NCBI GenBank assembly: GCA_036560185.1
Contig: DATBRS010000246.1
Span: forward strand, 1 to 59,431
Length of the DNA stretch: 59,431 bases
Source: Myxococcota bacterium
GTDB lineage: Bacteria > Myxococcota_A > UBA9160 > UBA6930
Reading direction: 5' to 3'
The notes below the pieces were generated by a model. The model had not been told where the DNA came from. It did not search any database and worked only from the letters and a program-made list of their open reading frames with translations. Both the position numbers and the translations under genes were made by a program. Shown piece by piece: positions 38,339 to 46,917 of this stretch (within the stretch, counting starts at the first letter, position 1; each line of letters opens with the position of its first letter).

Positions 38339-41300
38339 CTAGAACTTCTTGCTCAGGCTCACGGTGAGGGCTCGACCGATCGTGTCGAACTGGCCCGGGA
38401 ACGTGTTGCCGCTGTTCTGGTCCGTCGGACCTGCGGACTGACCCACGATCGGCGGATCCTGATCGAACACGTTGTCGACCGCGATCTGGAAGCGGAACCC
38501 ACTGAGCGCCTCGATGTCGCTCGGCTCCCAGCCCAGAGTCGCATCCACGTAGTGAATGTCCGGAATGTGCCCCGTGGTGTCCGAGACCACGCTCGCCGCG
38601 TCCTCGAAGTCCGTCGCGCGAATGTACCGCCAGCGATAGCCCATGTAGAAGTCGCCGACGTACCACGTCGTCCGCTGCTGGAAGCCGACGCTGTTGTTCG
38701 GGGAGTTACAGACCGGGCCGTAGAGTCCCTTGCACTTGTTCGTCGGAGTCAGCACGGACTGCCGATCATCGTGCTTCTCGAGGTAGGTCCCGAGGAAGCC
38801 GAAGTCGATCCGGCCCGAGTTCCCGAGATCCATCGTGTAGTCCGCTTGGAAGTCGATGCCGGAGACCTCCAGCGTGGAGATGTTCGACTCGGGCTGCAGC
38901 AGACCGTAGAGCGGGTTACCCACCAAGCCGCCCGTCAGCGGGTTGCGCTGCACGAATGCGCAGAGCTGCTGATTGGGATCCCCCGTAGGATTCACGGCCT
39001 GGTTGTAACAATTGCTGAGGATCACATCGGCGTCGAAGTTGGTGATCGCGTCGTCGATCTCGACGCGATACCAGTCGACCTGAATCGTCATTCCCTCGAG
39101 CCAGCTCGGTTGATAGACACCACCGATGGTGAGCGTCTTCGAGGTCTCCTCCTTGAGGTCCGGGTTTCCGCTCGAGAGCGAGTTGATCTGGCCGGCGATC
39201 ACGTCCGTCTGACGCGTGATCCAAACGCCGGACCCAGGCGCAGTCTCCGCGAAGAGCCCGGCAGGTGAGCCGGTCGCCACGCAGAGGTCGCGCGTATAGG
39301 TATCCAGCGGAAGCGGCACGGCATTGTTGGCCTCGGCAAAGCCCGCGCAGGGATCGCCCACCGAGTTGTCGAGGGTCGGCGTCAGCGGCTGGCTCAGCTC
39401 GAAGATGTTCGGCGCGCGCACCGCGTTCTGGTAGAGGATGCGCAGTCGGAGCTCCTCGAACGGTGAGTACTCACCGCCCACCTTGTAGGCGCTGATGCCA
39501 CCGATGGAGTTGTAGTCGGCGTAGCGATAGCCACCTTCGAACGTGAGGCTATGGACGAACGCCCTCTCCTCGAGCAACGGGATCAGGATCTCGCCGAACA
39601 CCTCCTTCGACGTCTGCTTCGCGCGCACCGACGTCGTCGAGCCGAAGCCGATGCTGCAGTCGGGCGTCTGGTAGCAGTCGTCCGGGAACGAATCCGACTT
39701 CGTGCGGCGCCACTCGAGGCCGAACGCGAGGCCGATCGGGCTGGCGCCCGGAACGTGGAACGACTCCCCGAGATCGCCATCGACGGTGAACATGATCACG
39801 TCCTGGGTCGTGTAGATCTCCTCGTTGATCTGCAGCGCGATGAAGGCCGCCGTGTCGGAGTTCAGGTTGTTGTCACCGAAGAAGTTTCCGAGCACGCAGC
39901 CCGTCGGAGCGCTCGGGAGACAAGGCCCGCCGTCCACAGCGGTCGGATTCGCGCTGAGGCTGCTGGCGTCGAGCACGGCCTGGAAGCGGCTCTTGCTGAT
40001 GTCGTTCTCGAAGATTCGCGACAGCTCGGTGCGACCGTGCTGGAACGAGAGGTCGTACGACCACCCCTCGAGCCACGGAAGGTCGCCCTTGAGGCCGCCC
40101 AGGACCTGATAGGCCTGTGTGCGGTTCCGCGTGATGCGATCGCCCACCTCGACTGTGCGGCGACCGAGCGGGTACTTCGCGGAGTCGCCGACGCCTAGCG
40201 CGCCGCTGCAGTCGGTGTCGAGGACGTCGAACGGTGTGCCGTTCAGGCTCGGGTCGTTGAAGCAGACCGGGTTCCCGAAGACGTCCTGCTGCGTGAGGCC
40301 GCTACCCGCGGCCGGATAGAGCAGCGCCTGCGATTGCGGAGTCAGGAAGATGCTGTCGAACGGGACCGCCAGCTCCGAGAAGAACGTGCCGGAGGGAGCG
40401 ATGATGGAGTCGACCTGCGTCTGCGCGAAGGTCGCGCGGCCGTACGCAGTCACGTACTCGCCGAGGTCGTAGTGAACGATGCCCGTCGCCTGATATCGCT
40501 CCTCAGGCACCTGCAGCAGGTTGAACGGATTGAAGTTGAAGCGGCGAGCGCCGCGCGGGGCCAAGTCGCCGTTCTGCAGGAAGCCGAGGCGGCCGTCCAG
40601 CGGGGTGTCGATTGCACCTTGGGTGTCCGTGGACGAGCCGAAGGGGCCTCCGCTGCCCGTGTCGATCGCGGACTCGGAGAAGACCCGGTCGCCTTGCGAG
40701 ACGGGATCCCGCTGAGTCCAACCGACGTAGATCGCCGCGTTGCCGCGCTCGTCGGCGAAATTCCCGCCCATCGTGATGCCGATGTTGTGGGTGTTCTCGC
40801 CCCCGCGGAGGGCGTTGGTGTAGTCGTAGTCGAACTGCACGCCCTCGAAGTCATCCTTGAGGACGAAGTTCACGACGCCCGCGATGGCGTCGGACCCGTA
40901 CACGGCGGACGCGCCACCGGTCACGACGTCGATGCGCTCGATCAGCGGCGCCGGGATGTTGTTCAGGTCGACGATGCCTTCGCTGTCGTAGCCGACGAAG
41001 CGCTTGCCATCGATCAGCACGAGGGTTCGCTCGTCGTCCAGACCGCGCAGGTTCACGGTGGCGACGCCAGGGTTGCCGTTGTTCATGCCCGGAGTCGACC
41101 CCGGCGCGGCCTGGGGGAGCTCACGAATGATGTCTTCGACGTTGACCGTCGCTGAGAGCTCGAGCTCCTCGGCCCCGACGATCGCGACCGGGCTGTTCGC
41201 CACCACGTCGGGCCGCTTGATGCGAGACCCGGTGACCACGATCTCTTCGGGCTGGCTCGCTGCTGGAGCCGCCGCAGGAACCGTTTGCGCGGCCGGAGCG

Positions 41301-41374
41301 TCTTGTGCCATGGCAGGCACGCTTCCCGCAAGAATGAGCGCCGCAAAGGCGACGCTGGACGTGTATCGCTTCAC
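38339..41374 (-). CDS. TonB-dependent outer-membrane receptor (1011 aa)
   Basis: Signal peptide, TonB box EEIVVTGSR, plug motif ATVNLRGL...RTLVLIDGKR...IERIDVVTGGASAVYGSDAIAGVVNF, RAPNIFEL, NPDLKEETS and a terminal Phe (SKKF). Confidence 0.96.
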   Translation of the reverse strand: MKRYTSSVAFAALILAGSVPAMAQDAPAAQTVPAAAPAASQPEEIVVTGSRIKRPDVVANSPVAIVGAEELELSATVNVEDIIRELPQAAPGSTPGMNNGNPGVATVNLRGLDDERTLVLIDGKRFVGYDSEGIVDLNNIPAPLIERIDVVTGGASAVYGSDAIAGVVNFVLKDDFEGVQFDYDYTNALRGGENTHNIGITMGGNFADERGNAAIYVGWTQRDPVSQGDRVFSESAIDTGSGGPFGSSTDTQGAIDTPLDGRLGFLQNGDLAPRGARRFNFNPFNLLQVPEERYQATGIVHYDLGEYVTAYGRATFAQTQVDSIIAPSGTFFSELAVPFDSIFLTPQSQALLYPAAGSGLTQQDVFGNPVCFNDPSLNGTPFDVLDTDCSGALGVGDSAKYPLGRRTVEVGDRITRNRTQAYQVLGGLKGDLPWLEGWSYDLSFQHGRTELSRIFENDISKSRFQAVLDASSLSANPTAVDGGPCLPSAPTGCVLGNFFGDNNLNSDTAAFIALQINEEIYTTQDVIMFTVDGDLGESFHVPGASPIGLAFGLEWRRTKSDSFPDDCYQTPDCSIGFGSTTSVRAKQTSKEVFGEILIPLLEERAFVHSLTFEGGYRYADYNSIGGISAYKVGGEYSPFEELRLRILYQNAVRAPNIFELSQPLTPTLDNSVGDPCAGFAEANNAVPLPLDTYTRDLCVATGSPAGLFAETAPGSGVWITRQTDVIAGQINSLSSGNPDLKEETSKTLTIGGVYQPSWLEGMTIQVDWYRVEIDDAITNFDADVILSNCYNQAVNPTGDPNQQLCAFVQRNPLTGGLVGNPLYGLLQPESNISTLEVSGIDFQADYTMDLGNSGRIDFGFLGTYLEKHDDRQSVLTPTNKCKGLYGPVCNSPNNSVGFQQRTTWYVGDFYMGYRWRYIRATDFEDAASVVSDTTGHIPDIHYVDATLGWEPSDIEALSGFRFQIAVDNVFDQDPPIVGQSAGPTDQNSGNTFPGQFDTIGRALTVSLSKKF

Positions 41375-41585
41375 GTGGGAACCCCTAGAGACGCGCAGCC
41401 GGTATGGCCGCGTTGGCCGCGCACCTTGCCACCAGGTTGGGGGATTTTCCAGCCTTTTTTTGAGCGCTTCTGAGGAGTTGCGCGCGACTCCGAGTCACCG
41501 CGCGAGCGCGATCGAGCACGAGTGAGTGGCTGGACGGGCCACTGTGCTCAGCACGCGACGGATTCGCGGCGACGCTTCGTCCGGA

Positions 41586-41635
41586 TGGGGCGCGAGACCG
41601 GAATCGAACCCGCAACTCTCGGCATGGGAAGGCGA
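41586..41635 (-). repeat. att-like degenerate copy of the 3' half of tRNA-Gly(CCC)
   Basis: 44 of 50 nt are identical by manual alignment to 46792-46841 in the same orientation. The copy spans the anticodon arm to the CCA end and has no D-arm. Confidence 0.88.
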
Positions 41636-41754
41636 AAGAAGCGCGAGAAAATGACGCGGGCTTGCACCGTGCGCGCCGCGAGGAGCGGCATGGCACGCAA
41701 GGCGCAGCATCCGTTCCGCTCGCACTCGTTCGCGGGTCTAGCCGTCCCGCGAGT

Positions 41755-42225
41755 TCAGTTGTCGGAATCGCGGCTTCGCTGCCGTCCCGCGACGATCCCA
41801 TCCATCTGGGATCGAATGACGTTCTGCAGGATGGCCGTCAGCGCCGCGGCGGTCATCGACATCATGAGGACGCCGTTGGCCGCCTCGAGCGGGCCGAGCA
41901 GCTTCCACTCCTGATCCATCACCACGTCGCCGTAGCCGAGGGACGTGAAGTTCACTGCCGAGTGGTAGATCTACGGGTAGAGAGACTCGAACTCGCCGAG
42001 CAGGACGAAGAGCCACCCCCACAGCGCGATCTGCAGCAAGTTGCCGGTCATCATCGCCAGCATCGAGACGGCCAGCGGCCGGACCGTCGTGAGCACCACA
42101 CCGTTGCGCGAGCCCCGCGCCGACTCTCGAGCGCAGTATCGAACGCACCAGAAGACGACTGCGACCTGCACGACGAGGCAAAGCAGCATGGCGGGTACGC
42201 CGAAAAGGAAGTTCCTGAGAGTCAT
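41755..42225 (-). pseudogene. Two-TM potassium-channel-like protein (Ion_trans_2 type) interrupted by an in-frame TAG
   Basis: ATG 42225 overlaps the DUF2955 stop. The frame reads ...GEFESLYP-TAG(41973-41971)-IYHSAVNFTSLGYGDVVM... with no shift. TSLGYGD is a pore signature. Confidence 0.8.
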
Positions 42226-43265
42226 GTCGCCTCCTCGTGGTGCCGGTGCCGCACGGGAATCTCCCGGACTAGCCCGGCTCGACGGCGTTCGAGCAGGCGG
42301 ATCATCCCCCATGCGTAGAAGGCGACCGCCACGAACAGGCCGGCGCGAACAACCGCGCCTTCGATCACGCTCTTGCCGCTCGCGCTGTCCTCGATGGCCG
42401 GGCCGATCAGGAGGAACGCCGTGATCAGGGCGTTGCTCCAGAACGCGGGCCGCATTCGCGTGTGCCGGACGCCGAACATGGCCGACCCGGTCCACAGGGC
42501 CGCCGAGACCAACCACAGCATCAGCATCCAGAGGCCGGCCCAGATCGACAGGCCAGTCCACACTCCGGCTGCGATTGCGGCTCCTGCCAGCGTCGCGCCG
42601 ACCAACTCGCCTCCGGCCGAGCGTGCATCGGTTTCTTCGGCCTGCTGTCCGAGCGCGACCGTCTTCATTACGGCCGCCAGGTAGAAGGACGGATCGGTCA
42701 GCGCGAGCACGAAGACCGGCATCACGATCAGCGTGGCCCGTACGGCGATCCACGCGGCCGCCTCCGGCTCCAGCCGCGCCTTGGTGATCGCGTCGGCAGG
42801 TGGCGGCGGGTCCGGGAACAGCGCGTGGGAGACAGCGCTCACCAGCACGCCGACGCCGACGCCGGTCGCGAGTGCGACGCTCAGCTCGCCGACCAGAGCC
42901 TGCTCCGCGACGCCAGCGACTGGGATCAGCGCGAACGACAGGACCAGCACGTTGCTGAGCGGGTTACCGCCGACCAGCCCTTTGTAGAAGAGCCCGTGCA
43001 GCACGACTGCCGTCAGCAGCGCGCCCGCGAACGCGTAGTGCTCGAGCAACGGAACCATCGCGATCCCGACCGCGACCAGTCCGGCGAGGAGGAGCGCGAC
43101 GACGAGGCCCTTCACCAGCGGGACTGGAGGCCCCGGCCTGCTCAACACGACCACGGACAGCACGCACACGACGAACGGAACCGCGAGGTCCAGCCCGTAG
43201 GCGACGAGAACCGCCAGGCCGAGCCCCACGGCCAGTCGCAGTGTCGCCTTGTCGCCGGGGCTCAC
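42222..43265 (-). CDS. DUF2955-like inner-membrane protein (FUSC-like)
   Basis: Multi-TM protein in two hydrophobic halves, with LRLAVG, LVLSFALIP and AFWSNALITAFLLIGPA. Lies between the HlyD and channel genes. Confidence 0.65.
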   Translation of the reverse strand: MSPGDKATLRLAVGLGLAVLVAYGLDLAVPFVVCVLSVVVLSRPGPPVPLVKGLVVALLLAGLVAVGIAMVPLLEHYAFAGALLTAVVLHGLFYKGLVGGNPLSNVLVLSFALIPVAGVAEQALVGELSVALATGVGVGVLVSAVSHALFPDPPPPADAITKARLEPEAAAWIAVRATLIVMPVFVLALTDPSFYLAAVMKTVALGQQAEETDARSAGGELVGATLAGAAIAAGVWTGLSIWAGLWMLMLWLVSAALWTGSAMFGVRHTRMRPAFWSNALITAFLLIGPAIEDSASGKSVIEGAVVRAGLFVAVAFYAWGMIRLLERRRAGLVREIPVRHRHHEEAT

Positions 43266-43283
43266 GACTCGCCCTCAATAGAT

Positions 43284-44405
43284 TCAATAGAGGTAGGAGA
43301 GCCAGCTCGAGACACGGATGTAGATCGCGCCGAGCACGTTCATCAGGGGGTTGTCGCCGGCGTAGACGAGCACCTCGGCCTGGCCGCCGACGTGCGCGCC
43401 CGCGAGCGACGGATTTGAGTCGGCGTCGAACTCGATCGAGACCGGGATGCGCTGGGCTTGGCGCAACCAGTCGCGATCGTTCTGCACCGTCGGCAACGAT
43501 CCCGACTGCGACTGCTGGCCGCTGTCGACTCCGCGGCCGATGCTGCGAACGCGGCCCTTCAGCACGTGGCCGGGCAGGACGTCGAGGACGATGGCCGCCT
43601 CGTCGCCGATGTCGATGTGTCCGAGGTTGTTCTCGGTCATGTCGGCGCTGATCCACAGGTCGCGATCGGCGACGAGGGTCATCACGGGCGCGCCTGCCTG
43701 CACGAAGTGGCCGACGTCGGTGCGCAGGTCCGTCACCGTGCCGCCTGCGGGAGCGAGCACGCGGGTGTTACGGAGGTCGAGCATCGCCTTGTCGAGCGCG
43801 GCGCGGGCGCCCTTCACCTGCGCGTTCGCTTCTCCGATCTCGCCGGCGGCCTCGAGCGCCATGCGCAGGTCGGCCTCGGAAGCTCGAACCTTGCTGCGCG
43901 CCTCCTCGCGCGTAGCCTGCGCGATCTCGAGGCGGCGAACCGAGATCGCGCCGGGATCCTCGGCGTACAGGCGTTCCTGGCGCTCGGCGTCACGCTCGGC
44001 CATCTCGCGATTGGCCTCGGCCACCTTCAGGGAGGCGCGCGCGCCGTCGACGCCGGCGTGGGAGGCTTCGGCAGAGTCGAGTGCGAGGGCGTAGGCGGCC
44101 TCGGCGCTTTGCTGCGCGATCTCGTACGGCACGACATCGATGTCGAAGAGGGGCTGCCCGGCCACCACCGCGTCGTTGTCGCGAATGTGGACCTTCACGA
44201 CCTTGCCCGCCGCCTCGGCCGCGACCGGCACCACGAAGGCCTGGATTCGGGCCTGAGAAGTGGAAGGCGTCAGCCGATCGCCGACCAGGTACAGCACGAG
44301 GCTAATCAGGATCAGCGTGGCGACGATCGCGGAGCCCTTGCGAGAGGCGCTCCCGGCGTCGCGATCGGCGGGCGGAGCAGGCGAAGAGTCGGGGGGTTGG
44401 TTCAC
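43284..44405 (-). CDS. HlyD/EmrA-family membrane fusion protein
   Basis: N-terminal TM, VPVAAEAAGKV, AGQPLFDID, a coiled coil, VLAPAGGTV and WLRQAQRIPV. Confidence 0.93.
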   Translation of the reverse strand: MNQPPDSSPAPPADRDAGSASRKGSAIVATLILISLVLYLVGDRLTPSTSQARIQAFVVPVAAEAAGKVVKVHIRDNDAVVAGQPLFDIDVVPYEIAQQSAEAAYALALDSAEASHAGVDGARASLKVAEANREMAERDAERQERLYAEDPGAISVRRLEIAQATREEARSKVRASEADLRMALEAAGEIGEANAQVKGARAALDKAMLDLRNTRVLAPAGGTVTDLRTDVGHFVQAGAPVMTLVADRDLWISADMTENNLGHIDIGDEAAIVLDVLPGHVLKGRVRSIGRGVDSGQQSQSGSLPTVQNDRDWLRQAQRIPVSIEFDADSNPSLAGAHVGGQAEVLVYAGDNPLMNVLGAIYIRVSSWLSYLY

Positions 44406-45958
44406 TGCGTGTCGGTCTGGTGAGGCGGCTGGGGATCTTCGGCCGCAGGCGGGAGCGGCGCGTCGAGGAGTCGCTCCCAGTTGCTGCGATCGGCCATCTC
44501 AGCGCGAGTCTCTGCATCGACGATCGGCAGCGAGCGGCCAGGCTGCCATCCGCCGCCCATCGCCTTGTATAGAGCGATCAGGCTCTGCGCGACACCGCCC
44601 TTCGTCGCCACGAGACGCTCTTGCTGGCTGAACAGTGAGCGCTGCGAGTCGAGCACCCTCTGAAAGTCCACGAGCCCTTCGCGGTACTGCACGTCGGCGA
44701 TGTCGAGGGAGCGGCGCGCCGCCTGGACCGATTCCTCGAGGATCGCGACCTGTGCGCGAAGCTGGGCGAAAGCGATGGCCGCGTCCTCCAGCTCCCGGGC
44801 CGCGCGAAGCACGGTGTCCTGGTACTGCTCGAAGAGCTGCTGAAAGCGCGCGTCCTGCACACGCACCTGATCCTTGAGCCGGTTGTAGTCGAAGTTCCAG
44901 ACGAAGGCGGGGCCGACTGCCCAGTCGACAGCGTAGGGCGATCGCATCACGGAGGATGTCGAGAGGACGAGCGAGCCGCCGAGCGCGACTGCAGGAAAGA
45001 GCTCTGACTTGCTGACCCCGATGCGGGCCGACTGAGCGGCCAGCTGGAGTTCCGCTGTGCGCACGTCCGGCCGGCGGCGCAGCAGGTCGGTCGGCATCTC
45101 GGCGACGATTCCGAGGTCTGCGTCGGGGATTCGCTCGCGCCCGACATCCAACTCCGGCAGCGGGCCGGGCGGCCGTGCGAGCAGGATCGCCAGTGCATTC
45201 TGGGTCTGGTACAGGCCGGCCTCGAGCTCCGGGATCGTCGCCAGCGTGCTCAGGTAGAGAGTGCGGGCCTGCTGCAGGTCGAGCTCGGACTCGTTGCCGC
45301 TGCGAAACAGGCGCTCCGTGATCTCGAGGCTGCGCTCCTGCAGCGCAGCGTTCTCGTGCGCGATGCGGAGGCGCAGCTCGAGGGTGCGGATGCTTGCGTA
45401 GAGGCTCGCGGCCTCGGCGGCGACGAGCACCTGAACATCGTCGTACTGGGCGATGCTCGCGAGGTAGCCTGCATCTGCGGCCTCGACGCCGCGACGGAAC
45501 CTGCCCCAGAAGTCCAGCTCCCAGATGACGTCGAGCGAGCCGGTGGCGGTCCAGAAATCCCGAGACGAGCCTTCGCCCTGCTTCGTTCCGACCCACAGGC
45601 CGTTGGCCCCGAGCTGCTGCAGCTGGGGGTAGAGGCCGCTGCCGGCGATCCCGAGCTCAGCGCGCGCCTCGAGGATCCGAAGGCCCGCGGTGCGCACGCC
45701 GGGATTCAGGCGCTGCGCCTCCTCCACGAGCTTCTCGAGCACCGCGTCGTCGAATTCGCGCCACCACTGGTCGACCTGCACCGGCCTCTGCGTGAGCGCT
45801 TCCTGCTGCGCTGCCCGCAGCGCATCGGCGGACCAGTCCTCGAGCCACGGCACGGCGGGCCGCGTGAAATCGGGACCCACGGCACACGCACCGAGGGACA
45901 GCGGGGCGAGAACGGCGACCAGCCGTCGGAGCGAACGCTTCTGCGAGGCGCCCGGCAT
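44402..45958 (-). CDS. NodT/OprM-type outer-membrane factor lipoprotein
   Basis: Lipobox LSLGAC followed by AVGPDF, plus WWREFDDAVL, WELDFWG, DLLRRRPDVRTAE and LYKAMGGGW. Confidence 0.94.
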   Translation of the reverse strand: MPGASQKRSLRRLVAVLAPLSLGACAVGPDFTRPAVPWLEDWSADALRAAQQEALTQRPVQVDQWWREFDDAVLEKLVEEAQRLNPGVRTAGLRILEARAELGIAGSGLYPQLQQLGANGLWVGTKQGEGSSRDFWTATGSLDVIWELDFWGRFRRGVEAADAGYLASIAQYDDVQVLVAAEAASLYASIRTLELRLRIAHENAALQERSLEITERLFRSGNESELDLQQARTLYLSTLATIPELEAGLYQTQNALAILLARPPGPLPELDVGRERIPDADLGIVAEMPTDLLRRRPDVRTAELQLAAQSARIGVSKSELFPAVALGGSLVLSTSSVMRSPYAVDWAVGPAFVWNFDYNRLKDQVRVQDARFQQLFEQYQDTVLRAARELEDAAIAFAQLRAQVAILEESVQAARRSLDIADVQYREGLVDFQRVLDSQRSLFSQQERLVATKGGVAQSLIALYKAMGGGWQPGRSLPIVDAETRAEMADRSNWERLLDAPLPPAAEDPQPPHQTDTQ

Positions 45959-46170
45959 GCGCTTCAGCCGGCCGTCGGAGTTCCGCCTTCCAACGCAGGA
46001 TCGTAGTTGGGTTGCGTGCTCATGGTGATCCCTCGAACGGTTGGCGCCCCGATCCATGCGATCCCGAGCGCTTGGGTGTTCCGTCGCCCGACCCGACGAG
46101 CATTGTCTCGTGTTTATAGGCCGACTTGCCAGCGGGCGGCCCAGGGAGGTGGAATACCGCCCTCAGATGA

Positions 46171-46760
46171 GGCGATAATGACTTCAACCGTGCTCGCTGT
46201 GGCGACGCCTCCGAGCGCATCGTGCTCGCCGCGATCGCGCAGCACGACGCCGGCGTGACTCGCGAGCAACTCACGGTTCTCACCGGTTAGTCGCGAATTC
46301 CCACCGCCAAAACGCGAGCCCGGCCGCTGTGTCGGCCGGCTGCTCTCGCCGCCCGCTGGCGCCACGCCCATCGTCGATCCAGAGACGCTGCCTAACAGCG
46401 GGCTGATCTGGCTCGAGAACGACACCACGACGCGGCAGGAGTTCGTCGCCCGCGTCATTGGGTCGCTCGTCGCGATCGACCTGGACCTCGCCGCCGGTTC
46501 GTGCAACCACGACTGTGTCGTGCGGCTGAGCGACGAGAAGCCGGGCGATCTCGGTGATCAGCTGACGCTGCCGTCGTGATGTGCGCGCGGAGTCATCGGT
46601 CGTCGATACCTGAGCCGCAATCACTCGACTGCGGAATGTACTCGCCGTCGATGTCTCCGGCGCCCGAACCCATCTCGAAGATGACGTTGTTGTCGACCAC
46701 ATCGGTGCCGGCGTCGCACTGCGCTGCTACGGGTCCGACTCCGCGGGCGAAGGGGCGCAA
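46171..46760. pseudogene. Mosaic of unrelated gene fragments next to the tRNA
   Basis: Three short coding-like segments: + 46171-46290 (ERIVLAAIAQHDAGVTREQLTVLTG*), + 46259-46579 (no start codon near its 5' end) and - 46760-46593 (QCDAGTDVVDNNVIFEMG...). Confidence 0.4.
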
Positions 46761-46791
46761 GCGCTACCCGTGCGACTTCCCTTCGGAAAGC

Positions 46792-46867
46792 TGGAGCGCG
46801 AGACGGGAATCGAACCCGCGACACTCGGCTTGGGAAGCCGATGCTCTACCAGCTGAGCTACTCGCGC
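46792..46867 (-). tRNA. tRNA-Gly (anticodon CCC)
   Basis: 76 nt cloverleaf: acceptor GCGCGAG/CTCGCGC, D-arm GCTC/GAGC, anticodon arm TCGGC-TTCCCAA-GCCGA, T-loop TTCGATT, U73 discriminator and an encoded CCA. Confidence 0.98.
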
Positions 46868-46917
46868 ACGAGGCGATGGTTACCCGCGCGCATACTCGGC
46901 CGCAATATAAGGTGGGG

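Larger units (their letters stand above)
41586..46841. mobile_element. Small decayed genomic island integrated at tRNA-Gly(CCC), with no integrase
   Basis: Direct repeats at both ends, cargo with visibly more A/T than the flanks, a nonsense-interrupted gene, and gene fragments next to the tRNA. Confidence 0.75.

Noticed and set aside
41375-41585. Cobalamin or other riboswitch upstream of the TonB receptor
   Set aside because: Only short hairpins are present (AGTGGC/GCCACT, GACTC/GAGTC) and no B12-box or other recognisable core. An Infernal/Rfam scan would settle it.
41586-41660. A second functional tRNA gene
   Set aside because: No D-arm or 5' acceptor strand, and mismatches break the stems. 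Treated as an att remnant.
41971-41973. Pyrrolysine or genome-wide TAG recoding
   Set aside because: TAG is the normal stop for rpsA, coaE, trpA, lptD, dtd, queG, pilQ and others here, and no pyl genes are visible.
46007-46790. Integrase or transposase for the island
   Set aside because: No R-H-R-H-Y tyrosine recombinase, serine recombinase or DDE motifs in any frame, and the ORFs are short.
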